Positions 62,661 through 64,000 of a stretch of DNA of 64,000 nt are shown piece after piece; within the stretch, counting starts at the first letter, position 1, and each line of letters opens with the position of its first letter. Below the pieces are notes generated by a model. It was not told where the DNA came from and searched no databases. It saw only the letters and a program-made list of their open reading frames with translations. The stretch is from the human T2T-CHM13v2.0 reference genome, Homo sapiens: assembly GCF_009914755.1 (NCBI RefSeq), contig NC_060935.1; one strand, 5' to 3'. The translations under genes were made by a program, and so were the position numbers.

Positions 62661-63574
62661 ATAAATAAACAGAAATTAAGAAATCGATCCCATTTGGGAA
62701 ATAGTCTTAAATCTTCAGTTGAGATTTTACCCTATATTAACTCCAAAGTTATATATACCCTATATTAACTCCAAACTAGGGACCCTCCTAGTGACCAATG
62801 TCAAGCCTACAGGCAGGGGCCAAATTGAAAGGTTGCTACCATAATCTAAATGTATAGTGAGCGAATAATGCTAGTGAAAGAGACAGAGAATGAGCCAATA
62901 CAGGTGTCAAAGTTGATGCTGGAGTTTTAGACCTGTCTGACTAGGAGGCTGTTGGCCCAAAGAAGAGATGGTTAACAGAAAGATGCTGGGTCTTTAAGTG
63001 CCCAACACAGAGCCTTAAACATAGCAGCCATTCAAAATTTTTTTAATGGAAGAATGTAGTTCCAGATGATTTCTTATTATGATCAGTATATATGCTCTGT
63101 ACAAAGTATTTTCTGGAGATTCCAAGAAGGCTCTAATAGAGGCAGTTTGATCAACACAAGAAACACCAAAATGGGAGTCAGGAGACCTCTTTTACCCATC
63201 TCCTAGCTGCATGTTTCTGAGCAAATCACTTCACCCTTTAAGGAGTCCGCATTCTGCACAGGCATTTGAATGCTACTGTTTTAGAGAGATCTTCCCTGAT
63301 TTCCGGTCCTCAAGAAAAAGAAAGTAGCTGAGTCCTCCTGTTCTCACTTGTCTGGTTGTCAGAATCCAGTTGGCGCCTAGGAATTCACAAATCTCTGTCC
63401 TTCTTGTCTGGACTTGCCACTGATATAGTTAGTTCCCTTATCACGTTTTGGACTTAACTGACATAAAGAATACGCTAAGGAACCTGCTCAGAACATCGCA
63501 GGATATTGAGCTGGGCCTCTACAAAGGGTCTTAAACCCTGCGCTTAACATTCATTGGGCTCTTACTACCCTTTA

Positions 63575-63760
63575 GGCCCTGCTCTAAGCACTTTGCATAC
63601 ATGAGTATATCTCACTTCATCATTACTTAGCAAAAGCCGTTCTGATTAACCATAACACAGATAAGTAAAGTGGAGCTTAAAGAAACGAAATGATGGATCC
63701 TGGATCACATAGTGTGGAAATGGTGGAGGCCAGATTCAGACCCAGGAAGGAGACTGGCAG
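63575..63760 (-). mobile_element. MIR
   Basis: GCCCTGCTCTAAGCACTTTGCATAC...CAGATAAGTAAAGTGGAGCTTAAAG...CCAGATTCAGACCCAGG. Confidence 0.6.
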
Positions 63761-64000
63761 AGGTTTAACAGGTGCAGACGCTGCAAGATCTGCACAAGAG
63801 GCCATAAGAGGTTTTACAGCTTTCTTCACTGAAGTTTTTCACTGTACTTCATTACACAGTGTATACTTATATCAAGTTATTACATTGTACTCCTTGACAA
63901 ATTTTTATTTGTCAACTAAATATGTTTTAAGAGAATAAAAAAAAGAAAGAATGGGAAATATAGTGAACTGGCTGACCTGTTATAGGAGTGTGGACTAATA

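Overview
Primate (almost certainly human) genomic DNA from an olfactory receptor (OR) cluster. The intact 311-aa minus-strand ORF at 19569-20504 is recognisable as OR5P3. The plus-strand OR at 53881-54816, broken by a single TGA, matches my recollection of OR5E1P, which would place the window at 11p15. Most of the rest is nested transposable elements: L1PA/L1M LINEs, Alus, MaLR (MST, MLT1) and ERVL LTR elements, L2, MIR, MER5, Tigger3a and a half MADE1. The most interesting observation is a third, heavily decayed but full-length OR pseudogene at about 42627-43490. The ORF track splits it into meaningless-looking pieces, but it aligns motif by motif to OR5E1P and keeps its splice acceptor. Other structure read from the sequence includes a 35-bp locally templated insertion inside L1 ORF1, an L1 lacking TSDs that bridges a large deletion, a tail-to-tail inverted Alu pair 15 bp apart, a perfect 20-bp hairpin inside an ancient ERVL, a head-to-head L1 fusion, a short L1 3' transduction, a young 107-bp VNTR, and candidate non-coding first exons/promoters for the ORs. 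No rRNA, tRNA, CRISPR or prokaryotic-type system is supported. Repeat subfamily names and boundaries were called by eye from remembered consensus sequences and are approximate.
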